This document shows, one piece after another, positions 56,612-64,000 of a DNA stretch of 64,000 nucleotides. The notes beneath the pieces are model-generated. The model had not been told where the DNA came from. It saw nothing but the letters and a program-made list of their open reading frames with translations, and did no database searches. Each line of letters begins with the position of its first letter. Position 1 is the stretch's first letter. Source of the stretch: an uncultured Chloroflexia bacterium (GTDB lineage Bacteria; Chloroflexota; Limnocylindria; Limnocylindrales; CSP1-4); contig CAVWIK010000003.1 in NCBI GenBank assembly GCA_963755115.1, positions 91,149 to 155,148 on the forward strand, given 5' to 3'. The translations under genes and the position numbers were made by a program.

Positions 56612-56647
56612 CCCCGTCGACCCGGGGGCGAGCGCAGTGCTCCAAGC

Positions 56648-56674
56648 GGCGAGCCGCCATCTTGGCGGCTCGCC
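56648..56674 (+). terminator. Perfect 11-bp stem / 5-nt loop hairpin 37 nt after the GH25 stop
   Basis: GGCGAGCCGCC(56648-56658) atctt GGCGGCTCGCC(56664-56674). No U-tract follows. Confidence 0.5.
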
Positions 56675-56854
56675 GATCGACTTGCCGCGGCGCAGGTCAG
56701 CCGAACGGCCTGCCCGCCAGAAGGTGTGAGATGAGATCGCCGATCGACTTGAGCGTTGTGGCAGCAGCGTAGATCGGCGAGCGCAGATACTCAGTTAGCA
56801 AGATGTCGATCCGGGCGGCGCGATACTGGGCCCGCCGCTCCACGAGGGGAAGGG

Positions 56855-58201
56855 ATGACCACAGGGCTCGCGCACGCCTCGCTCTCCGAGAGTGTCCGCT
56901 TCACGCTGACGAACCTGCTGCCGAGCCTGCTCAAAGGGCTCGCGATCCCGTTGCCGTTCTGGACCGAGGTGGCGACCCGGTTCGACACCGGGCGCGGCGT
57001 GGCGACGGTGGACCGTCTGACCGAGCGGTATGCCGGCCGGCCCGTGATGCTTCGAAGCATCGGCGGCCAAACGCTGCTCGTCCTCGCGGCCGACGATGTC
57101 CGCCGGGTCCTGGAGTCACCGGTCGATATCTATGGGATGAACGCCGCCGAAAAGCGTCGCCTGTTCTCTCCGTTCGCGCCGGATGCGCTGAACGGCTCGC
57201 CACCCGAGCTCCATGCCGAGCGCCGCCCGTTCAACGAGGCCGTGCTTGACTACGGACACGAGCCCCATCGCCTCGCAGAGCGATTCCTGAGAGTCGTGCA
57301 GGAGGAGGTCGCGGCGATGCTGGCGGATGCCGCGGACCTCGATTACGAACGGTCGCTCATGGCCTTTCGAAGGATCGCCAGGCGCTGCGTCTTCGGCGAT
57401 GCCGCCGCCGATGACACGGAGCTCAGCGAGGAGCACAGCCGATTGCGCGCGGACGGCGACTGGCTGGGGCTCAAGGTCTGGGATCGACGCAGGGACGCAC
57501 GGCTCAAGGCGTCCATGGACGGACGGATCCAGCGGTACGTCGCGGCCGCCGAGCCCGGCACGCTGGTGAGTCTCTTCACGTCCGCGCCCAAGGAGGCGGA
57601 AACGAGGCCGAACGGCCAGGTGCCGTTCTGGCTGATGGCGCTCGACGCGGTTCGCACCTCGGTCTTCAACGCGCTCGCGCTGCTCACGACCGATCCCGCC
57701 GCGCACGAGCGCGCCCTCGCCGAGGTCCGCATGGCCGACGCGGCCCATGGGCCGGGCACGGTCGCCGCCCTCGCAGACCTGGCCTTCGTGCGCGCCTGCA
57801 TGCTCGACAGCGTTCGGCTGTGGCCCGCGGCAGCGATGCTCGTGCGTGTCACGGCGGCCGAGACGGAGTGGTACGGCGAGACGCTCCCGATCGGCTCGAG
57901 GGTCCTCATCCCCGCCGCCGCCAACCATCGCGCGCGTCGGTTGCCGCATGCGAACCGGTTCGCACCCGGCCTTTGGCTCGACGGCTCGGCCGATGCCGAC
58001 TGGCAGATGAACGTGTTCTCGCGCGGCGGCGCGCAGTGTGCCGGCCGGAATCTCGCCCTGGTCCTGGGCACCGCCAGCCTCGCCGAGCTGCTCCGACAGC
58101 GGGAGTTCGAGCTCCTGAGCCCGAAGCTGGCCCCGGACCGGCCGCTCCCGTACGGGATCAACCCGTTGAAGGTCCAATTCGCCGTTCGCGGAACCCGTTG
58201 A
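56855..58201 (+). CDS. Cytochrome P450
   Basis: Heme-ligand loop 'FSRGGAQCAGRNLAL' (FxxGxxxCxG) and an ExxR-like 'LDSVRLWP'. ATG at 56855 follows a GAGGGGAAGGG RBS. Confidence 0.85.
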   Translation: MTTGLAHASLSESVRFTLTNLLPSLLKGLAIPLPFWTEVATRFDTGRGVATVDRLTERYAGRPVMLRSIGGQTLLVLAADDVRRVLESPVDIYGMNAAEKRRLFSPFAPDALNGSPPELHAERRPFNEAVLDYGHEPHRLAERFLRVVQEEVAAMLADAADLDYERSLMAFRRIARRCVFGDAAADDTELSEEHSRLRADGDWLGLKVWDRRRDARLKASMDGRIQRYVAAAEPGTLVSLFTSAPKEAETRPNGQVPFWLMALDAVRTSVFNALALLTTDPAAHERALAEVRMADAAHGPGTVAALADLAFVRACMLDSVRLWPAAAMLVRVTAAETEWYGETLPIGSRVLIPAAANHRARRLPHANRFAPGLWLDGSADADWQMNVFSRGGAQCAGRNLALVLGTASLAELLRQREFELLSPKLAPDRPLPYGINPLKVQFAVRGTR

Positions 58202-58240
58202 CCTCGCCAGCCGAGCGCGAGCCGGCAGCGTCCGCAGCCT

Positions 58241-58750
58241 TCAGCCGAACGTGCAGCCCGTGACGATGACCTTGTCGAGCGCCTCGTGGAGCGTCTCGAG
58301 TTCCCGATCATCGAGCCGAGCGGCGAAGAGCTGCGCAACCCCGCGCGCGTGCACTGGCACGGTGTCACGGAGGCGATCCACCCCAGCATCCGTTAGCAGC
58401 ACCACGATCCCGCGCGCGTCTGCATCGGCGTTCGCCCGGTGGACGAGGCCCTCGCCGACCAGGCGAGCGACGCGCCTCGTCATCCCGGATCGTGAGATCA
58501 GAGCGCGGTCCGCCAACTCGGTCATTCGCAGCTCGCCGCCGGCGAGGGCCAGCTGCGCGAGGACATCGAAGTCGGCCAGGGCAAGGCCGGTCTCGCGCTC
58601 CAGATCGGTTTCCAGCTGGCGCAGCAACGTCGCGTGAGCCCGCAGCAACGTGTTCCACGCCTCCATCCCTCGGCGGCCGGGCAACGCGACTGACGCGAGC
58701 TCATCGATGAGCCCTTCGACGTTCGGTTCGGAAAGTACTTGCATGTGCAA
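58241..58750 (-). CDS. MarR-family transcriptional regulator
   Basis: 'LADFDVLAQLALAGGELRMTELADRALISRSGMTRRVARLVGEGLVHR..DARGIVVLLTDAG' is a MarR winged HTH. Confidence 0.85.
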   Translation of the reverse strand: MHMQVLSEPNVEGLIDELASVALPGRRGMEAWNTLLRAHATLLRQLETDLERETGLALADFDVLAQLALAGGELRMTELADRALISRSGMTRRVARLVGEGLVHRANADADARGIVVLLTDAGVDRLRDTVPVHARGVAQLFAARLDDRELETLHEALDKVIVTGCTFG

Positions 58751-58781
58751 TCACATTGGCGTATGGTATTTGCAGTTGCAA
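58739..58781. promoter_or_regulatory. Two related 12-mers, TTGCATGTGCAA (58739-58750) and TTGCAGTTGCAA (58770-58781), in the AT-richer marR / LUD divergent region (candidate MarR operators)
   Basis: Read directly. Each has TTGCA / TGCAA inverted half-sites. The starts are 31 bp apart, and the first overlaps the marR start codon. Confidence 0.35.
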
Positions 58782-58815
58782 GCATATCAGCACCGCACGC
58801 CAAGGACAACGCCTC

Positions 58816-59466
58816 ATGATCACGGAACTCAAGCCCGATCCCGATCGGTCAGTCGCGCGCCGGTTCTCGACACTGGCCTCCGAACCCAGCGTCGAACGAA
58901 CCGTCGCCGCGCTCGAAGCCAACGGGATCGATGTGGTCCGGGCGAGGGACGCCTCGGACGCGAAGGGGATCGTGCTCGGGCTGATCCCCGACGGAGCCCA
59001 GGTCGATCACGGCGCCTCGAAGACGCTCGATGACACCGGGATCACCGAAGAGATCGAGCAGTCCGGTCGCTACGATGCCCTGCGCCCGCAGATCTGGAGG
59101 ATGGACCGCGCGACTCAGGCTGACGAGATCCGCCGGCTGGCGGCTGCACCCGAGGTGATGCTTGGTAGCGTCCAGGCTGTCACCGAGACGGGATCGCTGA
59201 TCGCGGCCTCGATGGGCGGCAGTCAGCTCGGGCCGTACGCCTCGGGCGCCGGCCGCGTGATCCTCGTCGTCGGCACGCAGAAGATCGTGGACGACCTCGA
59301 CGAAGGCCTTCGTCGGATCGAGGAGTACGCCCTCCCGCTCGAGGACGCTCGTGCGCACGCGGCGTATGGCCTCCACAGCGCGATCAACAAGGTGCTGATC
59401 ATCAGCCGCGAAGTCGCGCCCGGCCGCGTCACCGTCGTGCTGGTCGACCAGGTCCTCGGGTTCTGA
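58816..59466 (+). CDS. LUD-domain (LutC-like, DUF162) protein
   Basis: 'VERTVAALEANGIDVVRARDASDAKGIVLGLIPDGAQVDHGASKTLDDTGI' and 'LGSVQAVTETGSLIAASMGGSQ'. ATG at 58816 follows an AAGGA. Confidence 0.8.
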   Translation: MITELKPDPDRSVARRFSTLASEPSVERTVAALEANGIDVVRARDASDAKGIVLGLIPDGAQVDHGASKTLDDTGITEEIEQSGRYDALRPQIWRMDRATQADEIRRLAAAPEVMLGSVQAVTETGSLIAASMGGSQLGPYASGAGRVILVVGTQKIVDDLDEGLRRIEEYALPLEDARAHAAYGLHSAINKVLIISREVAPGRVTVVLVDQVLGF

Positions 59467-59571
59467 ACACTCCGCCAAGTTCTCCCGAACACTTCTTGCG
59501 TTCATGCACGGATGCGGGCATCCGGCTGGCTTTGAAGAGGCGATTGATGCGGCGTTTCACGTTCGAAGTGG

Positions 59572-59646
59572 TGGAGCCGACACTCGGATTTGAACCGAGG
59601 ACCTGCTGTTTACGAAACAGCTGCTCTACCGCTGAGCTATGTCGGC
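59572..59646 (-). tRNA. tRNA-Thr (anticodon CGU), CCA encoded
   Basis: Manual cloverleaf of the reverse complement: acceptor GCCGACA/TGTCGGC, D arm GCTC-AGCGGTA-GAGC, anticodon arm GCTGT-TTCGTAA-ACAGC, variable AGGTC, T arm CTCGG-TTCAAAT-CCGAG, then T-CCA. Total 75 nt. Confidence 0.9.
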
Positions 59647-59726
59647 GCGGGCCACAGGATACCTGATGTGGCACCGCATTCCCGCCATCGGGGCTACGCC
59701 GACGACGACCTGATGCCAATCCAGAT

Positions 59727-60029
59727 CTAGCGGATATGGCGGCCGAGGGCGATCGCCGCGGCGACCCGGTCCAGCTGGATCCCCGCGCGCTCGTTGACCC
59801 GTCGCGCGACGGTCTCGTCGGCGGCCTGGATGAGCGAGAGGACGACCTGGTCGGCCGGCATCAGGATCGAGATGACGTGCTCGACGGGCGTGCCCTCGGC
59901 GGTCATCGCCGCCGCGACGCGTTCGAGGCTCGTGACGGCCACCTGGGCCGTCGATTCGTCGACGTCGGGCCAATACCGCTCCACCAGGAACGTCTGGAGG
60001 ACGGGCGTGTCGGGAACGTGCTCTTCCAT
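59727..60029 (-). CDS. Small hypothetical protein (100 aa), possibly DUF4242-like
   Basis: 'LQTFLVERYWPDVDESTAQVAVTSLERVAAAMTAEGTPVEHVISILMPADQVVLSLIQAADETVARRVNERAGI'. Codon bias is good. The family assignment is only an impression. Confidence 0.5.
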   Translation of the reverse strand: MEEHVPDTPVLQTFLVERYWPDVDESTAQVAVTSLERVAAAMTAEGTPVEHVISILMPADQVVLSLIQAADETVARRVNERAGIQLDRVAAAIALGRHIR

Positions 60030-60074
60030 CCCGGATGACGGTAGGTTCGCGATGCGGCGCGACGAAAGGGGCGG

Positions 60075-62903
60075 TTACCCCGATCTGTCCTGCATGCGCC
60101 CGTCGGGACCCACCCGGCCGCCCATCCGCGCGCCGAGCTCGGCCCGCGAGTGGATGCCCAGCTTCCCGTACACCCGTCCGAGGACGTTGCCGACCGTCTT
60201 CGGCGCCAGGAACGCCTGTTCCGCGATCTCTCGGGTCGACAGCCCCATGGCGGCGAGTTCGGCGACGCGTCGCTCCGTCTCGGTCAGATCCTCGGGAGCA
60301 CGCGGCCGGAGGCCGATGCGCGCCAGCTCGGCCCGCGCCCGGTCGGCCCACAGGGGTGCGCCCATCGCTTCGAAGCTGCCCAGCGCCTCGCGGAGTCGCT
60401 CGTCCGCAAGCCGCTTCTCCTTCCGGCGTCGATGGACCTGACCGATCGCGAGCAGCGTCCTGGCGCGCTCGAACGGCATCGGCAGGCGCTCGTGTTCGGT
60501 CAGGGCTCGGCGCAGTGACGTCAGCGCCGCGTCGAGGTCGCCGTTCGCGGAATGGAGCAGGCCGCGACCGCGCGCGCCGATCGCGAGGGTCCATGGGGTC
60601 GGCGCGACGTCGCCGGCATGCTCGAGCCACGCCACGATCCCCTCGGCGCGGTCGGGGTCGCCGACCGCCAAGGCGGCCTCGAGGCGGTCGCCGTCCAGCT
60701 TGAACCGCCCCGGGTGACGCGTGCCGCTGGCCTCCGCCGCAGTGGCGGCCATCGTCAGCTGGACATCCGCCTCGCGAACCTCGCCGACGGACAAGGCGAC
60801 GAACCCGAGGATCTGGCGGTGATAGACCTCGAGGGCGAGGTCGCCGCTCGCGACCGCGAGCTCGAGTCCCTCGCCGGCCAGTCGCCGGGCGTCGTCGACA
60901 CGGCCCATGTACGCAGCGACCAGGGCGACCCCGCGCAAACGCCATGAGGGGAAGATGTCGGCACCCTCACGGGCGTAGCCCTCGAGCGCCGCCTCGGCCG
61001 TCGACTGGGCCGCCGCGAGATCGCCGCGGAATACCTGCAGGCCCGAGAGCGAGACGAGGTTGAACGGGTCGTCCCCGGCCGGGCCGGACTTGGCCCGGAT
61101 GAGCCGCTCCGTCATCTCGATCGCCCGATCGACGTCGTCGAGCTGGCGCGCGAGACCGTAGGCGATCCCGTCGGCGCCGTCGTGTTCCCATGTGCGACCG
61201 CCTTCGCTGATCAAGGCGGTCCCGCGGGCGATCTCGTCGGCGAGGTAGCCGCGGACGAGCCCCAGCTCGGAGCTCGCGTGCAAGAGGAGCACGTTCGCCA
61301 GGAGGTCGGGGTCGACGGGCGTCGTCCCATCGACCTCCTCGAGCAACCCGATGGCCTCCGCGGCCAAGGCATTGCCTCGCTCGAGATCGACCTGCATGAC
61401 CAGGAACGCGGCCCGGCCGAGGATCCTGGCGCGCCGGATCGGGTCGTCTCCCGCCTCGGCGATCGCCTGCTCGCCGAGCCGGACCGCGACCGGGGTCTGG
61501 CCGTGGTAGTAGCGGATGAGGGCGCGGAGGCTGAGCGCGTCGGCGCGCACCGGGCCGGGTGCGGCCCCGGCGATCGCAGTGTCGAGGATGGCGTCCGCCT
61601 GAACGTACTCCGAGACGTCGATGAAGAGGCACTCCGCGGCCGAAGTCGCCCGGCGAAGGGCCTCGTCGCCGAATTCCCTGGGCGTGAGTTCGCTCGCCCG
61701 CTCGAAGAGGGACGCGGCGTCGATGGTCGCGCCGCGGGCCCGGGCGGCTGCGGCGGCCGCCTCGAGCGCGGCCGCGACGCGCTCATGGCGGCCCTCGGTC
61801 GCGCCCCCCAGGTGACGCGCCCGGACATCGTCGGACGTCGCCGCCCGGGCCAACGAGGCATGGGCGCGCCGGATCTCGTCCGGGGTCGCCACGCCGATCA
61901 CGGCATGCGCCAGGAGCGCGTGCGTGAACCGGATGGATCGGCGGTCCATCGCGATGACGCCGGCCTCGAACGCCGGGTCGAGGGCCGATGCGGCGTCCGC
62001 GCCGACACGACGAAGCGTGTCGATGGTCGGCTCGGCCGCCACGGCGGTCAGCAACAGCGCCGACCGAGTCGCCGATGGCAAGGCACCGATCCGCGCCTCG
62101 ACGAGTGCACCGAGGGTCGCCGGGATCGGCAGGCGATCGCCCGGCCGTACGACCGGGTCCGCTGCCGCAAGCGTCCGGGCGATCTCGAGCGCGTAGAACG
62201 GGTTGCCGCCGGAGGCCTCCTCGATCCGGACGAGCACGAGGCGCGGGAACGAGCGGCCAAATCGGGCCATGAACAGGTGATGCAGGGCGGCGAGCGGCAT
62301 CGGCCCGAGCCGCACCGAATCCTGCGCCTCGTCCGGGACGCCTGCGGCGAGCTCGAGCGTCGAGGGGGTCGGATCGCCGCGCACGGCCAACAGGATCCCC
62401 GCGGTCCGGTCGGCGAGGCGCCGGACCGCGTACGCCAGGATCGCGCGCGAGGCATCGTCGACCCACTGCGTGTCGTCGATCGCGATGACGAGCCGCCCTT
62501 CTCCCGCAAGCTGCTGGATCAACGTCGTGGTCGCCACCGACAGCGTCCGCTGGTCCGGAAGCTGACCGGATGGTTCGGTCCGGAGGACCGCGATCTCCAG
62601 GGCGTGACGCTGGACCGCGGGGAGCGCCGCCATCCGATCGGTGCTGACCTCCGACAGGAGGTCCGTGAGCCCGCCGAGGGTCAGCTCGCGCTCTGATTCG
62701 GCGGGTGCCGACCGAAGGACGATCGCGCCGCCCTCCTGCGCTCGGTCGACCGCGGCTCGCCAGATCGCGGTCTTGCCGATCCCGGCCTCACCATGGATGA
62801 CCAGGCTGGCCGGGCCATGCCGGAGCCGCTCGACGAAACGATCGACCGCTTCAAGCTCGATCTGACGTCCGATGACATCCGCTGAGACCCTGACCGCGCC
62901 CAC
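60075..62903 (-). CDS. Large ATP-binding LuxR-family regulator (LAL/MalT-like STAND: P-loop NTPase + TPR-like repeats + LuxR HTH)
   Basis: Walker A 'IHGEAGIGKTA', Walker B-like 'LVIAIDDTQWVD', a long helical-repeat middle region, and C-terminal 'LTETERRVAELAAMGLSTREIAEQAFLAPKTVGNVLGRVYGKLGI'. Confidence 0.85.
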   Translation of the reverse strand: MGAVRVSADVIGRQIELEAVDRFVERLRHGPASLVIHGEAGIGKTAIWRAAVDRAQEGGAIVLRSAPAESERELTLGGLTDLLSEVSTDRMAALPAVQRHALEIAVLRTEPSGQLPDQRTLSVATTTLIQQLAGEGRLVIAIDDTQWVDDASRAILAYAVRRLADRTAGILLAVRGDPTPSTLELAAGVPDEAQDSVRLGPMPLAALHHLFMARFGRSFPRLVLVRIEEASGGNPFYALEIARTLAAADPVVRPGDRLPIPATLGALVEARIGALPSATRSALLLTAVAAEPTIDTLRRVGADAASALDPAFEAGVIAMDRRSIRFTHALLAHAVIGVATPDEIRRAHASLARAATSDDVRARHLGGATEGRHERVAAALEAAAAAARARGATIDAASLFERASELTPREFGDEALRRATSAAECLFIDVSEYVQADAILDTAIAGAAPGPVRADALSLRALIRYYHGQTPVAVRLGEQAIAEAGDDPIRRARILGRAAFLVMQVDLERGNALAAEAIGLLEEVDGTTPVDPDLLANVLLLHASSELGLVRGYLADEIARGTALISEGGRTWEHDGADGIAYGLARQLDDVDRAIEMTERLIRAKSGPAGDDPFNLVSLSGLQVFRGDLAAAQSTAEAALEGYAREGADIFPSWRLRGVALVAAYMGRVDDARRLAGEGLELAVASGDLALEVYHRQILGFVALSVGEVREADVQLTMAATAAEASGTRHPGRFKLDGDRLEAALAVGDPDRAEGIVAWLEHAGDVAPTPWTLAIGARGRGLLHSANGDLDAALTSLRRALTEHERLPMPFERARTLLAIGQVHRRRKEKRLADERLREALGSFEAMGAPLWADRARAELARIGLRPRAPEDLTETERRVAELAAMGLSTREIAEQAFLAPKTVGNVLGRVYGKLGIHSRAELGARMGGRVGPDGRMQDRSG

Positions 62904-63021
62904 GCGGATACTCTACGGCCGGCCACGACTTCCCTCGCTCCGGCCCTGGTCCCGCGCGTGTGCGAGTGTCTTCCGTCCCCGATCGGCGAGTCGATCCGCA
63001 GGATGGATGCTCACCGTCGCG

Positions 63022-63594
63022 TCAGAGGCGCGGCAGCACGAGCTTCGCCAGCGCGAGGTTGGCACTATCGATCGCATCCTGGGTGGCCTTGAAGTCGACG
63101 ATCGCCAAGACGACCTGATAGCCCTTCACCTTGACACTCAAGTCGGCAAAGGTCGGCCAGCCCTTGAAGGCCGCGTCGCCGATGCCGGACACCGCCGTGC
63201 TGGCTGATGCGCTGCTGCCCGTCTGCCACAGGAAATCGTCATAGGCCGAGACCGTCAGGCCCACGGAAGCTGAGTCGTCCTGCGCGTTCGCCCACTCGCA
63301 GTCGGACTGGTTGTCGCTGTTCTGGAGCACCCCCGGGCTGACCGCGAACCCGACGGCCTGCTGGATCTCCTCGACGGTCAGGAGCCCGCACGCGTTCGTG
63401 GTCGGATCCCCTCCGACTGCCGGTGCGGCCGCGCCGCCGTCTCCGGTCGCGCCGGTGGTGGCGCCACCGGCCGCGGGGCCGCGAGCGTTGCTCGGGGCGG
63501 CGCCGCTGCCGTCGGGCGCCGACGTGCTGGTGCAGGCGCCGAGCGACAACACGGCCGCCACGAGGATGGCGGCGCGGACATGTGGGGTGCGCAT
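63022..63594 (-). CDS. Secreted lipoprotein, DUF3558-like
   Basis: 'MRTPHVRAAILVAAVLSLGACTS' is a lipobox, followed by a Gly/Ala linker and 'NACGLLTVEEIQQAVG..QSDCEW'. The ATG at 63594 is internal to the track ORF. Confidence 0.7.
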   Translation of the reverse strand: MRTPHVRAAILVAAVLSLGACTSTSAPDGSGAAPSNARGPAAGGATTGATGDGGAAAPAVGGDPTTNACGLLTVEEIQQAVGFAVSPGVLQNSDNQSDCEWANAQDDSASVGLTVSAYDDFLWQTGSSASASTAVSGIGDAAFKGWPTFADLSVKVKGYQVVLAIVDFKATQDAIDSANLALAKLVLPRL

Positions 63595-63786
63595 GGGTCG
63601 ACCTCCGATCGATCGCGGGTCCGCGACACGTCGATGGTCGGACGGGATCTGCCTCGGATGAAAGGGGCGATTCCCCCGATCTGTCGAGCGGCTCGCGATC
63701 GTCACGGCGTGCGCTGCGATCAGCGTCGATACGGCGCGGGAGATCTCGGCGCTGCCTCCGAGGTAGGCGCCGCTCAGGTCAGGTCG

Positions 63787-64000
63787 TCACGCGCCGAACC
63801 GCTCGGCGAGGACGCCATGTCGGAGACCCCGGTCGCTCACGGTCAGCGAGGTCTGGCCGAGCTTGTCCATCACCGTACGGACGATGCAGGCGCCGGCGAG
63901 GATGACCTCGGCGCGCTTTGGCTGGAGTCCCACGATCGACCGGCGGGCATCCGCGTCCAGCCCTCGGTACAGCTCGATCTGGCGGTCAAGCTCGGCGTGC
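63787..64000 (-). CDS. Ppx/GppA-family phosphatase, C-terminal fragment (gene continues beyond the window)
   Basis: Manual translation of the minus strand from 63999 gives 'HAELDRQIELYRGLDADARRSIVGLQPKRAEVILAGACIVRTVMDKLGQTSLTVSDRGLRHGVLAERFGA*', with stop at 63787-63789. It is absent from the ORF track because its start lies outside the window. Confidence 0.6.
   Translation of the reverse strand, partial: HAELDRQIELYRGLDADARRSIVGLQPKRAEVILAGACIVRTVMDKLGQTSLTVSDRGLRHGVLAERFGA

Noticed and set aside
54860-59700. Integrated prophage or integrative element at tRNA-Thr (suggested by the lysozyme gene and tRNA proximity)
   Set aside because: There are no integrase, excisionase, capsid, tail or terminase genes. 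By eye I could find no direct repeat of the tRNA 3' end at a distal boundary. Only the weaker compositional observation was kept.
59429-59719. 96-aa minus-strand ORF containing 'SSAVEQLFRKQQVLGSNPSVGST'
   Set aside because: This is the classic translation of a tRNA gene (tRNA-Thr at 59572-59646), not a protein.

Overview
Very GC-rich segment (roughly 70% by eye, not computed) with an Actinomycetota-like gene repertoire: a PASTA Ser/Thr kinase, an MprAB/PepD-like two-component plus HtrA module, a LigC/PrimPol pair, a DUF3558-like lipoprotein, many GTG/TTG starts and 4-nt start/stop overlaps. I can support about 60 protein genes and one tRNA-Thr(CGU). I see no rRNA, CRISPR array, transposase, integrase or phage structural genes. 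Order of content: (1) 0.1-4.5 kb, five genes that read only with repeated frame switches (HTH regulator, membrane protein, EamA transporter, NarL-type regulator, alpha/beta hydrolase). (2) galU, a membrane protein, and a PknB-like kinase ending in a 25x Thr-Pro tail. (3) A Cys-rich Zn-ribbon protein and an Ig-like surface protein. (4) folC-folP-folB. (5) HtrA, sensor kinase and OmpR-type regulator, followed by four ~93-bp tandem repeats upstream of rplY. (6) DUF3303, methyltransferase, DUF4349. (7) LigC-type ATP ligase, Gfo/Idh/MocA oxidoreductase and a convergent LigD-Pol-like primase-polymerase. (8) YciI-like protein plus a long ECF sigma factor. (9) Two methyltransferase-like genes. (10) An orphan Mo-hydroxylase large subunit followed by MoxR-DUF58-VWA. 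(11) araBDA and a LacI-type regulator, all heavily frame-broken. (12) A PNPOx-like gene divergent from a MocR regulator. (13) A ten-gene, translationally coupled glycoside/ketose-phosphate catabolic operon: GH4, ABC importer, GntR, SIS, amidohydrolase, LacD-type aldolase and two PfkB kinases. (14) A copper module: PCuAC, an unusually long three-part Sco, and a Tat multicopper oxidase. (15) A visibly less GC-rich accessory patch next to the tRNA, holding a GH25 muramidase behind a ~260-aa Gly/Asp/Ser repeat, a P450, MarR and a LUD protein. (16) A large LuxR/STAND regulator, a lipoprotein and a partial Ppx/GppA gene. Most long ORFs in the six-frame track are GC-driven shadow or fused ORFs and were not called. 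I found no clear-cut novel defence or mobile system. The best second-look candidates are the composite catabolic operon, the repeat-fronted GH25 gene, the mosaic 93-bp tandem repeats, the three-part Sco protein, the Mo-hydroxylase/MoxR neighbourhood, and the block-wise clustering of indels.
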